From Octopus bimaculoides (Eukaryota): a stretch of DNA of 37,474 nt. Position 1 is the first letter of the stretch. The number at the start of each line of letters is the position of its first letter. Shown piece after piece: positions 22,225 through 34,505 of the stretch. Below the pieces are notes generated by a model. It was given only the letters and a program-made list of their open reading frames with translations. It was not told where the DNA came from and made no database searches. The stretch lies in contig NC_068999.1 in assembly GCF_001194135.2 (NCBI RefSeq), positions 9,888,826-9,926,299 on the forward strand, given 5' to 3'. A program made the position numbers and the translations under genes.

Positions 22225-23600
22225 CATAATTCTTATCATCCTAAAGGCATCGTAAATCCTATCATAAAAATAATACGTATTTCGAGGCTTTCCGCTAATG
22301 ATTATGTATTTTGAAAAATGTTAAGTACTATAACCAAGATTTATCTCAAGCTGGGTATAAGGACAAAATTAATGTATATCGAGAGTCAAAATACTAATAT
22401 ATCACCCGGTAATGATAGAAGCAAATTAATGCACGATTAACCTTAATGGAGACTGTAATAAAAATGAACGCATCAAGGAATCGTATATGCTAAATAACTG
22501 CAAGTAATATAATACAAATACGAATTGTAAAAAGGGAACTCTTGACGATAAATATATTAATATTGATAAGCATAGTACAAACTCTCATGATAGAATAAAT
22601 ATGGTTCATATAAACAGATTTACAGATAAGATTACAGATAATATTATCTTTATGCATAAGTATTATGACAGAAGGACATCTAATTTTGGAATTGGAACTA
22701 AGAATTATGAACATAGTGATAACTTGATATTACGAAAAATATTTATATCAATAATATGTACCTTGCATAAGTACTAATATTCCTCGGAAATTCTTTACTG
22801 GATAAACATTTCCCGCTTTGATGTAAGTACAAGAAATTATTTAATCGCCATACGGTAAAACTTTCAGATTCAAATTCAAGAAATTTGATTAAAATCATTG
22901 CAATAGATAGCAACAGTAAAATTAGACAGATAGTATCTCCACTCAAAATAGATAAAGACTAGTATAACAGACAGGATCAACTGTGAGATGAATACACATG
23001 CTAATTCTCCTCAACTAGTTATTGATAGTTAATTGAAAGTTATTCCAACTGAATTAGTACCTGTAATAATATTCATTATAAAATTGCTAATTATCCTAGT
23101 TTAACACCTAATTCTGAGAGTAGAGTTAGTACTAATTTCTTTAAACACGAGTGCTACATGTAAGTGAGTAAATGCCTTTACAATTTTAAAAATGTATGTG
23201 TCCTTTAGAAAGATCAGTGTTTACGGACGAATATGTTATATCAATGTAAGGCAATTACTGGGGATCGTACGTATCATTACAAGAAGTTCTTTGCTATGTT
23301 TGTAAATCTAGATTACATACCCATTCTTCTCTCGTACAAGATGAAATGTAATACTACGCATCTTGGCGTGTTTACTTCGAATTTAAAAGAGGGGAACATT
23401 GACTAGGACATAAAATGTCCTATTATTAGTTACAAGCCATCGTACAATATTGATAATTTTAAATGTGGTATCTAGAAAATGGAAATGTGTTATAAAATTA
23501 CTAAGAAATTAAAATTATTAACTTGTAGAATTAGTATCATGTTTAAATGTACCCATAAATATAGAAAGGCATTTAAACATTTCAATAATAGACAACACCT
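22225..23600 (+). mobile_element. Decayed Penelope-like retroelement (RT thumb, linker and GIY-YIG region; Naiad-like)
   Basis: Frameshifted translation: NSYHPKGIV..II..ISRLSANDYVF / NVKYYNQDLSQAGYKDKI / LLDKHFP(22795-22815)..YKKLFNRHTVKLS / KCLYNFKNVCVL*KDQCLRTNMLYQCKAIT...Y / NLKEGNID*DIKCPIISYKPSYNIDNFKCGI / IMFKCTHKY(23546). The order matches the C-terminal half of invertebrate PLE ORFs. Confidence 0.82.
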
Positions 23601-23909
23601 TAATTATAATTGTTTCTACTATAATGTAATGAATATTATTTTTTAAAATCCTTTAACATACATAAATAGCTAGATCACTAAATATCGTGACGTAGAATTT
23701 CCATGTTTATTTTGGGGATTTTTATTATCTACTGACATCTATATATNNNNNNNNNNNNNNNNNNNNNNNNNNNNNNNNNNNNNNNNNNNNNNNNNNNNNN
23801 NNNNNNNNNNNNNNNNNNNNNNNNNNNNNNNNNNNNNNNNNNNNNNNNNNNNNNNNNNNNNNNNNNNNNNNNNNNNNNNNNNNNNNNNNNNNNNNNNNNN
23901 NNNNNNNNN

Positions 23910-23940
<31 letters not shown>

Positions 23941-25271
23941 CAGTCACGTATATGTGTGTGTGAGTGCATGTGCGTGTGTATCCATCCACGCATTACCATA
24001 TAGAGAAATGCTCAAAAACACACACTGACACATGCACATAGAACTACGTTCAAGTGCTTATATACGACCATAAATGGCCAGAGAATGTCCGTCCATGTCC
24101 ACTTATGCCTTTATTTTAAACACACCGTATATATGGATGCCTTATCTTATGCGTTACTTCTAATGTGGTCAGTTATGACAGCCAAGCTATCTGTCGCAGT
24201 TAGTGTTTTTATCTAGCGTTAGGTCAGTCTTTGTAAGGTAGGTTTATGAGTAAAATTTTACCCGTGATTTTTTTTCACACCTGAGACAGTCTACATTATC
24301 TGTTGTCACAATCTCTGTGATACAAATTACATCTGGCTGCTATTTCTAACGAGTTAACCGACCGAATTGAGTTGGTACCTCGCTAGTTCATTGTAATCAT
24401 ATTTATTTGAAGTTTGTGTTGATGTCTTTTGTGCTATGGAAGGAGACCAGGCAATCATGTCTCCATTAGCGCACATTTTCAAGGTTTTTGTTCTCAAATG
24501 CAGCTAACGTCTGCCAATGATGTCTAGGCTGGGTGTAGATGACGCCTGCGTGAGAAATTTATTGAATGTCTTGTGAAAGACAATATCGTGAGTATACGAA
24601 TGTGTTCGAGTGGAAGTAACTGCGACCAGGTTTAGTTAATACAGAAAAGGAAGAACGCAAAGACATAACCACGCTCTGGAGCATGTCGGACTTAATTTGT
24701 TTTCTATATATATCTATATGTGTATGAGTGTGTTTGTGTGACTGAGATTTTATTTGTGTTCGTTTTTTGTTTGCGGGTTTATATGCGAGCGTGTACGTCT
24801 GAATTTGTGAGGAAAAGATGTCAATGAGAGCAAAAAAATGTAGCATTATTATCAAGTGTACCACTAAAAATTCCAACGAAGTGGAGGAGGCGTGTATGCG
24901 AGAATTCTGCAAATTTAATGAAAATGCTTTTGTACATTTGGACATAAAAGACTAACTGTTTTACGAAATATGAAAGAACTTGCTCAACATACTATGCACG
25001 AAAACTATCCCTTCCTTTACAGATGGGCATTTTTGCATGACTCACAAGAGTATTTATGAAGACAATTATATACTAACCGCGTGTTATTTTCTTCCATAAC
25101 CATCCTTAATAATACAACCAACATCCCCGCCTCCAGTGGTTACAGAATTTCTAGCATCTGTAGAGTTGCACGTAAGAAATAGGAACTGTTTATAGTCTTG
25201 ATATGTTATTTTGTGATGGATGAAGGAAGAACATTCAAAGCAATTGGAATCGTTTTTGACTAGTAAGCAAC

Positions 25272-25436
25272 TACTGTAATCCCTCGACTATCGCGGGTGT
25301 TACGTTCCAAAATCCCCGCAAGAGGTGAAAATCCACGAAGTAGAAACTGTACTGTATTTTTTATTATTATTCTTAAAATTAGTATATATTTATTTTATTA
25401 TAAACGCAAAACAAAACCACGCAGGAATTACAAGTA
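25272..25436 (+). mobile_element. Tigger/pogo-type MITE
   Basis: TA-ctgtaatccctcgactatcgcggg...ccacgcaggaattacaag-TA: imperfect TIRs and a TA TSD. Confidence 0.65.
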
Positions 25437-25580
25437 GATTGCATCTATGTAAATCTTACAAATTTCATACTACGATCGTACTCACCAGCCTTCTTCCTGA
25501 GGCTGCCGTTATGTGATTTTGGTACGATTTGGGTACTATTTCTAGCTATTTCTAGGCCGACTATGAAAACATTTTTTCAT

Positions 25581-25635
<55 letters not shown>

Positions 25636-25645
25636 TGTAGTAGTA
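25581..25645 (+). repeat. (TAG)n microsatellite
   Basis: Direct reading. Confidence 0.97.
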
Positions 25646-26209
25646 GAGCAGAAGATACTGGAAAAGAAGGGGTGTAACAGCAGGAGGAGGAATATCGATA
25701 TAAGGTTGAATAGGGTAACATTGCACGTATTATTATGTGAAATAAGAACTTATCCAATGGTATCTTAATATTTCAGCCGGGGGAAACCTTAAACTGATTA
25801 TCGTAAGCAAAATTCTCATCTCAGAAGAGCTAGAATGATCACTAAATATGAATGAAGATTGAGAAATGAATAATTAATCGTAATAATTAAATAAATTAAG
25901 CGGAATTAAGATAATAATGTCTACAAAAAATACTGATATCTCTTATTGCACATATTTAATATTCAACAATGTTAATTGTAATAATAATAAAAATGTTGCT
26001 AATCATATTGATGAGGATGAGGATAAAATTATATATATATAGCTGATAACAACAACAACAATGATAATCATTATAATATTATTATTAATAATAATAATCC
26101 GTTCGTTATTTATTATTCGTCTATAAATTATTATTCATTATATATTTTGACATTGGTAGTGGAATTAATTTTAAGGAAAATTATAATGATAATTGTAATA
26201 GCGATTAAG

Positions 26210-26355
26210 TTGATGATGAATATGTAGAGATGCGAGAATGGTGACGACGGTGACGGACATTGTGGTGGTGTGGATGGTGCAGATGATGAAGCGGGTAATG
26301 ATATTGGTACTGTCGAAGACGGATACGAAGATGAAGACGATGATTATGATGACGT

Positions 26356-26392
<37 letters not shown>

Positions 26393-26575
26393 CATGATCA
26401 TGATCATGATCATGATCATGATGATGATAACATTGGTGATGGTGGTGATGGTGGTGGTGGCAATGGTGGCGGTGGTAGTAGTGGTGGTGGTGTTGCTGCT
26501 GCTGTTGATGATGATGGTGGTGGTGGTGGTGGTGGTGATAGTGCTGCTGACTGTGGTGCTTTTCCATCATTTTCC

Positions 26576-26613
<38 letters not shown>

Positions 26614-26633
26614 TTGATGATGATGATGATGAA

Positions 26634-26677
<44 letters not shown>

Positions 26678-26695
26678 CGACGACGATGATGATGC
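26210..26695 (+). repeat. Compound (GAT)n/(GGT)n/(GATCAT)n microsatellite
   Basis: Direct reading; it generates spurious poly-Asp/His/Met ORFs on both strands. Confidence 0.95.
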
Positions 26696-26929
26696 CTCAA
26701 AATTGAGAAAAATTTAGTTTTAGAATAGCTACATGGAAACAGAATTATCTGCTCAAAATTGGAATCTCAAGCAATTAAAACTAACCTTATGTATATTCAT
26801 AATTAAAAGTAACATACACTCACATACACTTACATTCATACACAAACACACATACGTACGCACACTTACATACAACACGCACACCCTCACACACGCGTAC
26901 ACACGTACACGCACACGCTCGCAGACATA

Positions 26930-27215
26930 CAGTGGAATCTCCGTTTCCGAACATCTGTCACCGAGATCTAATCGGTTTACGAACAATGTTTTGAACGTTC
27001 TTCGCATGACGAACAGTTTCTCACAGGACGAACTCACAAGCCGGCATTTATAGTTGGCAATATGCTCAAACTATCAGTGGGAGAGCGTCACTTGCTGTCC
27101 AGCTTTCGTTCCGAGCACATTATATTCGTAGAGAAAAATAATTTCAGCTTACGAACATTTCGCGTGATGAACGGTCTACTGAAACGAATTAAATTCGTAA
27201 ACAGAGATTCGACTG
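26930..27215 (+). mobile_element. Tigger/pogo-type MITE
   Basis: TIRs CAGTGGAATCTCCGTTTCCGAAC and ATTCGTAAACAGAGATTCGACTG; preceded by TA; repeated internal acgaac motifs. Confidence 0.8.
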
Positions 27216-27430
27216 TGTATAGATACATATATATATATAAACTCCTTTACTTATTTCAGTTGTTTGTATGGGAACATGCTGCGGTGTTGCCTTGGAAATT
27301 ATGTCTGCAGTATATGTTTAAATAAATATACATACATACGTTTATATGTATACACACGCATTTCATATTCACACCCACTCGCTCATACATACACATGCAA
27401 CTATACATGTACCTGTATGTATATCTTGTA

Positions 27431-27598
27431 TACGAGTGGTGCTAAAACATTCCAGACTTTGGATAAAAGAAAGTACTGGAAGATCAAATAGCTATTATTT
27501 TAATTAACATATTCTCCTCTAAGATTTACACACTAATTACAGTGGTCTTTCACCTTTTCTAAGGCCTGGTATTCGGAAGATTGGGTGTTCAACCAGGC
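27431..27598 (+). mobile_element. Mariner-derived MITE, cut by a gap
   Basis: TA-CGAGTGGTGCTAAAACATTCCAGAC start (the same TACGAG terminus class as 7863), then ttaacatattctcctct...cacactaattacagtggtc, typical of mariner MITE interiors. Confidence 0.65.
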
Positions 27599-28124
27599 NN
27601 NNNNNNNNGTGTATGTATGTATGTGTGTGTGTCTGTGTATGTACGTACGAATGTATGTATGTATATATGAAAGTCTATATGTATGTATCTTCATTTAATG
27701 TTCAGCTTTCACAATCATTTGTAAAATTGTCGATTTACAATCGCAATGCTTTCGGCTCCTGAGGATAATATTGTACAAGTGTAGAAATCTCTAGGATGCT
27801 AGTGTTGTTTTAGCTTATATTCTATCAGCATTTTTCCCTCTGCTATTCATACATTCACCTCCATGTCACAAATGTCTTCCAAATTATCACGAAGAGAGTA
27901 CTACATATTTTATTTTCCCCATGCTTACTGACTAGCTTCTTGCACATCCCAATGGCAATTACATACTCATGACAAAGAGGAATAGAGAAAATGGTTGTAC
28001 AGATCATTATAATAATGAGATCTGCCTGTCAGTGGTTGTGAATTCATTAGTGCTAAAGTGTATGAATACTGAACACAGATACCACATTCAATATTCCCTT
28101 ATTTCATGTAACTGGGATACAAAC

Positions 28125-28187
<63 letters not shown>
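28125..28187 (+). repeat. (TAA)n microsatellite
   Basis: Direct reading; the tract continues after the inserts at 28664-28719. Confidence 0.97.
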
Positions 28188-28188
<1 letters not shown>

Positions 28189-28447
28189 TGGTGGATGATA
28201 AAGGTGGTAGTAGTACCAATATTTGTTGGAACCTTGGGAACAATGNNNNNNNNNNGAGTAAAAATCCTGCGAAGTATGGAACAAATAGGGGCAGCAATAA
28301 GGGTGGAGCACTTGCAGAAAACAGCACTGCGTGGGACCGCTTGAATACTTCGGAAGATGCTTGAAACATAAGCGGTGTTGCCTTAGTTCACTGGTAGTGA
28401 ACAGTTGACACCAATAATAATGATAATGATATTCCTAATAATAATAA
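28188..28447 (+). mobile_element. 5'-truncated R4/Dong-clade non-LTR retrotransposon, 3' end
   Basis: WWMIKVVVVPIFVGTLGTM-(gap)-KILRSMEQIGAAIRVEHLQKTALRGTA*ILRKMLET* (stop 28369-28371), the C-terminus of REL-endonuclease LINEs. 3' UTR stem GTTCACT/AGTGAAC (28386-28402) and a TAA/TGA-rich tail follow. Confidence 0.85.
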
Positions 28448-28663
28448 CCCTTTATACTTTAGGCACAAGGCCTGAATTTTTGTAGGGAGTGAGGTAGTCG
28501 ATCACGTCGACCTCAGTGCATAACTGATATTTATTTAATTGACCCCGAAAGGACGAAAGGCAAAGTCGACCTCAGCGGAATTTGAACTCAGAACATAGCG
28601 ACGGGCGAAATACCGCTGAGCATTTCGTCCGGCGCGCTAATGATTCTGCCAGTTCGCCGCCTT
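28448..28663 (-). mobile_element. SINE family A, near full length
   Basis: Minus strand: aaggcggcgaactggcagaatcattagcgcgccggacgaaatgctcagcgg...ttctgagttcaaattccgctgaggtcgactttgcctttcgtcctttcggggtc...ggccttgtgcct. Confidence 0.92.
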
Positions 28664-28681
28664 AATAACAACAATAATAGC

Positions 28682-28720
<39 letters not shown>

Positions 28721-28931
28721 TTATCGCGTTGTGTGACAGGTTCCGAAAAGTAAAGGTTTAAATTTATGATACCAACCCAGCATAGACTGTTCTAAGCAAT
28801 GGATTAGTTCTGCATTGCGGTTCCTTCCAAGGAAGCACACAGCAATAGACAGACTAACACTGTGAGAAGTAAGACCAGTGTCTGTAAAACTTATAACAAT
28901 ATATACACACAAACACATGCATACACAAATA

Positions 28932-28967
<36 letters not shown>

Positions 28968-29228
28968 CAAGTGTGCATGTGTTTATAAGATTGTAGGAAC
29001 AAACAACAAATTAACTATGTATAAAAGAAGTAAATAAATACATTAAGAATAATAGTAGTATCAGTAATAACACGTTGTGAGATATTTTCTGCTAAATTCC
29101 GGCAGATATCTATGATATTCCATAGATAATTGTCAAATCTATCAATTCCAAGTATATTGGCGTTTCTCTGACATTGTCAAAAGAAGCAGGACGTATATAA
29201 CAATGTACACATACGCATACGCATACGT

Positions 29229-29265
<37 letters not shown>

Positions 29266-29835
29266 CATATACACACATACATATGTTCATTCTTACATAC
29301 ACATAAACATGCATGAAGGCATAACTACATCTTTATAGAAAAACATTACACTGTATAAATATGTTATATGTATATATACATATGTGTGTGTGTCCATGAG
29401 TATGTGTATGTATATATACACACACATACACGCATCCATCCATCCATCTATCCATCCATCTATCCATCCATCCATCCTTATATCCCTCAATACATATATA
29501 TATGTATATACAAGCCCAAATATACACAGTTTTTTAAAAGATAGTCTAGGTGTAGAGGTGTTTGTTTAGATATGTGCTTGTATATGTATGGATGTGTGTT
29601 TTTGTATGTGTGTGTGTGTGTGTGCGTGTTTAGTATATTTGTGTGAGGGTGTGTGAGTATGTGTGTAATATGCCGCTGAAAGAGATAAGAAATGAAAAAG
29701 AAACACCATATCAAAGAAACTACAATTGATGCAGAATGCAATAAAAAAAATACACGGAATAAAATAACCATTACGAATGTGTTCGCATGTGTGTGTATGT
29801 GAGCATGTGTGTGAGTGTGTGTATGTGTATGAATA

Positions 29836-29890
<55 letters not shown>

Positions 29891-30120
29891 CTGTATATGC
29901 TATCGTATCGTATTGTATATGTGAAATCACAAAACAAAAAATGGATTGACGGAATCAAACCATATTTGTACTATTTTATTATTTTATTTACGATTATTAT
30001 CTGAGAATGATGGACAACGTTATCAGCACACTCTCTTAGACTCTTTCAATATACATACATACATACATGCATACATACATACATTCATATATACATACAT
30101 ATATAAACATAGATACATAC

Positions 30121-30154
<34 letters not shown>

Positions 30155-32119
30155 NNNNNNNNNNNNNNNNNNNNNNNNNNNNNNNNNNNNNNNNNNNNNN
30201 NNNNNNNNNNNNNNNNNNNNNNNNNNNNNNNNNNNNNNNNNNNNNNNNNNNNNNNNNNNNNNNNNNNNNNNNNNNNNNNNNNNNNNNNNNNNNNNNNNNN
30301 NNNNNNNNNNNNNNNNNNNNNNNNNNNNNNNNNNNNNNNNNNNNNNNNNNNNNNNNNNNNNNNNNNNNNNNNNNNNNNNNNNNNNNNNNNNNNNNNNNNN
30401 NNNNNNNNNNNNNNNNNNNNNNNNNNNNNNNNNNNNNNNNNNNNNNNNNNNNNNNNNNNNNNNNNNNNNNNNNNNNNNNNNNNNNNNNNNNNNNNNNNNN
30501 NNNNNNNNNNNNNNNNNNNNNNNNNNNNNNNNNNNNNNNNNNNNNNNNNNNNNNNNNNNNNNNNNNNNNNNNNNNNNNNNNNNNNNNNNNNNNNNNNNNN
30601 NNNNNNNNNNNNNNNNNNNNNNNNNNNNNNNNNNNNNNNNNNNNNNNNNNNNNNNNNNNNNNNNNNNNNNNNNNNNNNNNNNNNNNNNNNNNNNNNNNNN
30701 NNNNNNNNNNNNNNNNNNNNNNNNNNNNNNNNNNNNNNNNNNNNNNNNNNNNNNNNNNNNNNNNNNNNNNNNNNNNNNNNNNNNNNNNNNNNNNNNNNNN
30801 NNNNNNNNNNNNNNNNNNNNNNNNNNNNNNNNNNNNNNNNNNNNNNNNNNNNNNNNTATATATATATATGTGTATATGTGTGTATGTATGTATGTATGTA
30901 TGTATGTATGTATGTATGTGTGTATGTATAAAACGTGTGTAGATGTATTTTTCATGCATGTTTTGTTAAAAAATATTACGATAGTAAGTGAACAAAAAAA
31001 AAAGATCATTTTACTTCAAACGTTGCAGACCTTATCAGATGAGAAGCAAACGTTAAGCGATACTCTATGTTCCAAGTGATATACTATCTTAAATCCGACG
31101 CACTGTGTTATATACGTGAGACACAATATCCTTATATACACAATACTCTATATTTACTTTTAATTTTCATATGGTTATTGTCAAAGTTATTTACATTGCT
31201 TTATGACTGTAGAAATATATGTGTTTGTATATGTATGTATGTATGTGTATATGTATATATGTATGTATGTATGTATATGTATATATATATATATATGAAT
31301 ATATATATATATANNNNNNNNNNNNNNNNNNNNNNNNNNNNNNNNNNNNNNNNNNNNNNNNNNNNNNNNNNNNNNNNNNNNNNNNNNNNNNNNNNNNNNN
31401 NNNNNNNNNNNNNNNNNNNNNNNNNNNNNNNNNNNNNNNNNNNNNNNNNNNNNNNNNNNNNNNNNNNNNNNNNNNNNNNNNNNNNNNNNNNNNNNNNNNN
31501 NNNNNNNNNNNNNNNNNNNNNNNNNNNNNNNNNNNNNNNNNNNNNNNNNNNNNNNNNNNNNNNNNNNNNNNNNNNNNNNNNNNNNNNNNNNNNNNNNNNN
31601 NNNNNNNNNNNNNNNNNNNNNNNNNNNNNNNNNNNNNNNNNNNNNNNNNNNNNNNNNNNNNNNNNNNNNNNNNNNNNNNNNNNNNNNNNNNNNNNNNNNN
31701 NNNNNNNNNNNNNNNNNNNNNNNNNNNNNNNNNNNNNNNNNNNNNNNNNNNNNNNNNNNNNNNNNNNNNNNNNNNNNNNNNNNNNNNNNNNNNNNNNNNN
31801 NNNNNNNNNNNNNNNNNNNNNNNNNNNNNNNNNNNNNNNNNNNNNNNNNNNNNNNNNNNNNNNNNNNNNNNNNNNNNNNNNNNNNNNNNNNNNNNNNNNN
31901 NNNNNNNNNNNNNNNNNNNNNNNNNNNNNNNNNNNNNNNNNNNNNNNNNNNNNNNNNNNNNNNNNNNNNNNNNNNNNNNNNNNNNNNNNNNNNNNNNNNN
32001 NNNNNNNNNNNNNNNNNNNNNNNNNNNNNNNNNNNNNNNNNNNNNATATATATATATATATTCACTTAAATGCATACAACACATACACATGTACATATAT
32101 ATGTGTGTGTGTACACCTG

Positions 32120-32168
<49 letters not shown>

Positions 32169-33091
32169 ATATATATATATATATAATTTCAAAAGCAACA
32201 ACAACAAACACAGAAATCTTTTCAGTACATTATATCAACAGTTGTTTATAACAATAACAATATTGAATTATACTGCTATGTTTATTACTTGTATATTTTC
32301 TTGTTATTCTTGTTTTGTTTTGTTTTTGTTTATTGAGAAAAAATATCAAGAAAACAACAGATAATATAGGAATAAAGACACAACAATAGTAATAGCAACA
32401 ACAAACACGACAATAAGAAAAACAAAATATACCTCTATTCAAGATAATGTTCAACGTAATAAAAATCTATCAATTGATGTCAATCGATGAAGAAAGAAAT
32501 TCTGACAAATATTTGAATGGACTCGATTCAGATCTACATTTTTTAAATATTTTTTTCATATATCGGTATGCGTATGCTAATCGGAAGCAGACGGACAAAG
32601 ATAAGCTTACACATATAAACACATACTTTTTTCGATAAGCCGAAACTAATATATATTTATATACACACACACACACACACACATATATATAAATATGTTT
32701 ATATATATATATANNNNNNNNNNATATATATATATATTATATATATATATATATTTATACGTATGTATTTATGCTTGTGTATATGTGGTTATATATATAC
32801 AGAATGGGTGTATTTTTGTATCTATCTACATATCTACCTATCTATTTATTAAGTGACTATGTAAATAGAGAAATATATAAACACGCACATACACACACGC
32901 GCACAAACATATACACATCCATAACACACACGCGCGCAGACATATGTATGTGTGTATGTATATGTTTTCCCATGAATATCAATATGTGTGTTTTTGTATC
33001 ATAAGCTGTATAATTACTTCCATACAATGATATTCACTGACGATATCGCCTAGGTGTAAAGCCGCAGAAACCGAGAATTAGCATTGATATA

Positions 33092-33432
33092 GGGTAAAGG
33101 GTAAATACCCCTTTCAGTCATGAATGTCCATGGGATTGCAACTAGAAGCTTACCCACCAAAGCACAAATTCGAGCAATGCTGTTCGTGGAGGACGTACAG
33201 TCGCCCATGCATATCCGCCTTTATTCTCGAAGCCAACGATGTTATCCAATGGAAAGAAAAAGGCTGATACAGTTTTGGCATCAGTGACTTCGCGACTTGT
33301 TTCTACAGCTGAGTGAACTGGAGCAACGTGAAATAAAGTATTTTGCTCAAGAACACGAAGCACGGCCTAGTCCAGCAATCAAACTCACTGCTTCATGATT
33401 GTGAGCCCGACGCTTCAACCACTGAACAAGCC
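33092..33432 (-). mobile_element. Full-length tRNA-derived SINE (C-related head, (TTTACCC) tail)
   Basis: Minus strand: cagtggttgaagcgtcgggctcacaatcatgaagcagtgagtttgattgc head; shares ttgagcaaaatactttatttcacgttgctccagttcactcagctg with family C; ends tttaccctttaccc. Confidence 0.88.
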
Positions 33433-33551
33433 TAAAAACCATGAAATTCGTTCAAGGAGTAGGGCACGACACTTCGATGGGTAGCAATCCGACCGTGAAA
33501 ACATATACAACTATATATCTAAATGCATTGCCTTGACTAATTTTCCCTAAC

Positions 33552-33765
33552 AAACCGGCCAGCCAGCAGAATCGTTACTACACTGAGCAAAATACTTAGC
33601 CGTATTTCGTCTGTCTTTGTGTTCTGAGTTCAAATTCCGCCGAGGTCGACTTTGCCTTTCACCCTTTTGTGGTTGATAGGATAAGGTTCACTTGAACATT
33701 GGGGTCGATGTAATCGACTTAACTTATCCCCCGAAATTGCTGGCATTGCTCCAGAATCTGAACGC
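33552..33765 (+). mobile_element. SINE family A
   Basis: gccagcagaatcgttactacac...gttctgagttcaaattccgccgaggtcgactttgcctttcaccctttt...ggggtcgatgtaatcgactt. Confidence 0.92.
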
Positions 33766-33924
33766 AATAATTTTCCCCTAACATGGTTTGTATTTTTCTC
33801 TCTCAATTCCGTCATTCCCTGTTCCACACTGTTACGTATCACACGTTAGTTTCCGTCGCTTCCAAACGGAACTGACTACAAACATCAACGTCAAGTATTC
33901 CTCAAAAGCGGATTTTCTCGATGA

Positions 33925-34505
33925 ACTGACAGTCATCATTGCGCTGGTCATAACGTCTTTCAGGCATTTCTTCCAACCCTCTGCACTACGAGTTAAGATC
34001 TTACCGAGGTGCGATCTGCATTTCATCCTTTCAAGGTTGATACAAAATTACCAAGCTAGGGATCTGGAATGGTGGCACCGTAAGAACGTCGGATCAGTTT
34101 CTTTCAGATAATTTTTCAGATCATTGCATTCTGAGTTAAAGTACAACAAATGTCTCCAAGGCGTAAATGGGTCTTGGTATTTACCCCACCACGTGATTTA
34201 ACACCACGCTCTGGAAACTTAGGTGTCGTTAGCTGAAAAACTTTCGGCACATGAATTCGAGCCATGTTTTTCGTTAGCGTATACCAAATTTGTGCTTCAC
34301 ACCATTCTTGGAAACCCTTGTAAAGGGTCATCGGCATTGGCTTCCCTCCTTCCCGACAAGAAGAAAAATTATAGAGAAAAATTATAGAAGAACGTATTTG
34401 TTCCAATGCCGAATCGTGAATCCAGATGTATTGAAGAACCACTTGCGTTGATCTAATCGACTAGCCCCCTTCCTCAAAATTTCGGGCATTTTGCATTGAG
34501 CAGAA
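33925..34505 (+). mobile_element. SINE family A split by an insertion of about 385 bp (34054-34437)
   Basis: The 5' part ends gcatttcatcctttcaaggttgatacaaaattacca; the 3' part resumes accacttgcgttgatctaatcgactagcccccttcctcaaaatttcgggc. Confidence 0.65.

Noticed and set aside
22820-23170. Strong GTAAGT donor-like sites at about 22823 and 23160
   Set aside because: They lie inside the Penelope-like element; such hexamers are expected several times per strand by chance at this AT content.
24500-24600. Acceptor/donor pair around 24528-24586
   Set aside because: All three frames hit stop codons within a few codons; there is no support for coding.
25495-25569. Minus-strand exon candidate with a TG|GTGAGT donor (GLEIARNSTQIVPKSHNGSLRKKA)
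   Set aside because: The sequence is a degenerate copy of repeat family D (tagaaatag..ccaaatc), so it is most likely not genic.
26171-26717. Acidic poly-Asp/Gly and poly-His ORFs that look like biomineralisation or metal-binding proteins
   Set aside because: All overlapping frames on both strands are open because the region is a (GAT)/(GGT) microsatellite; there is no signal peptide, splice context or codon diversity.
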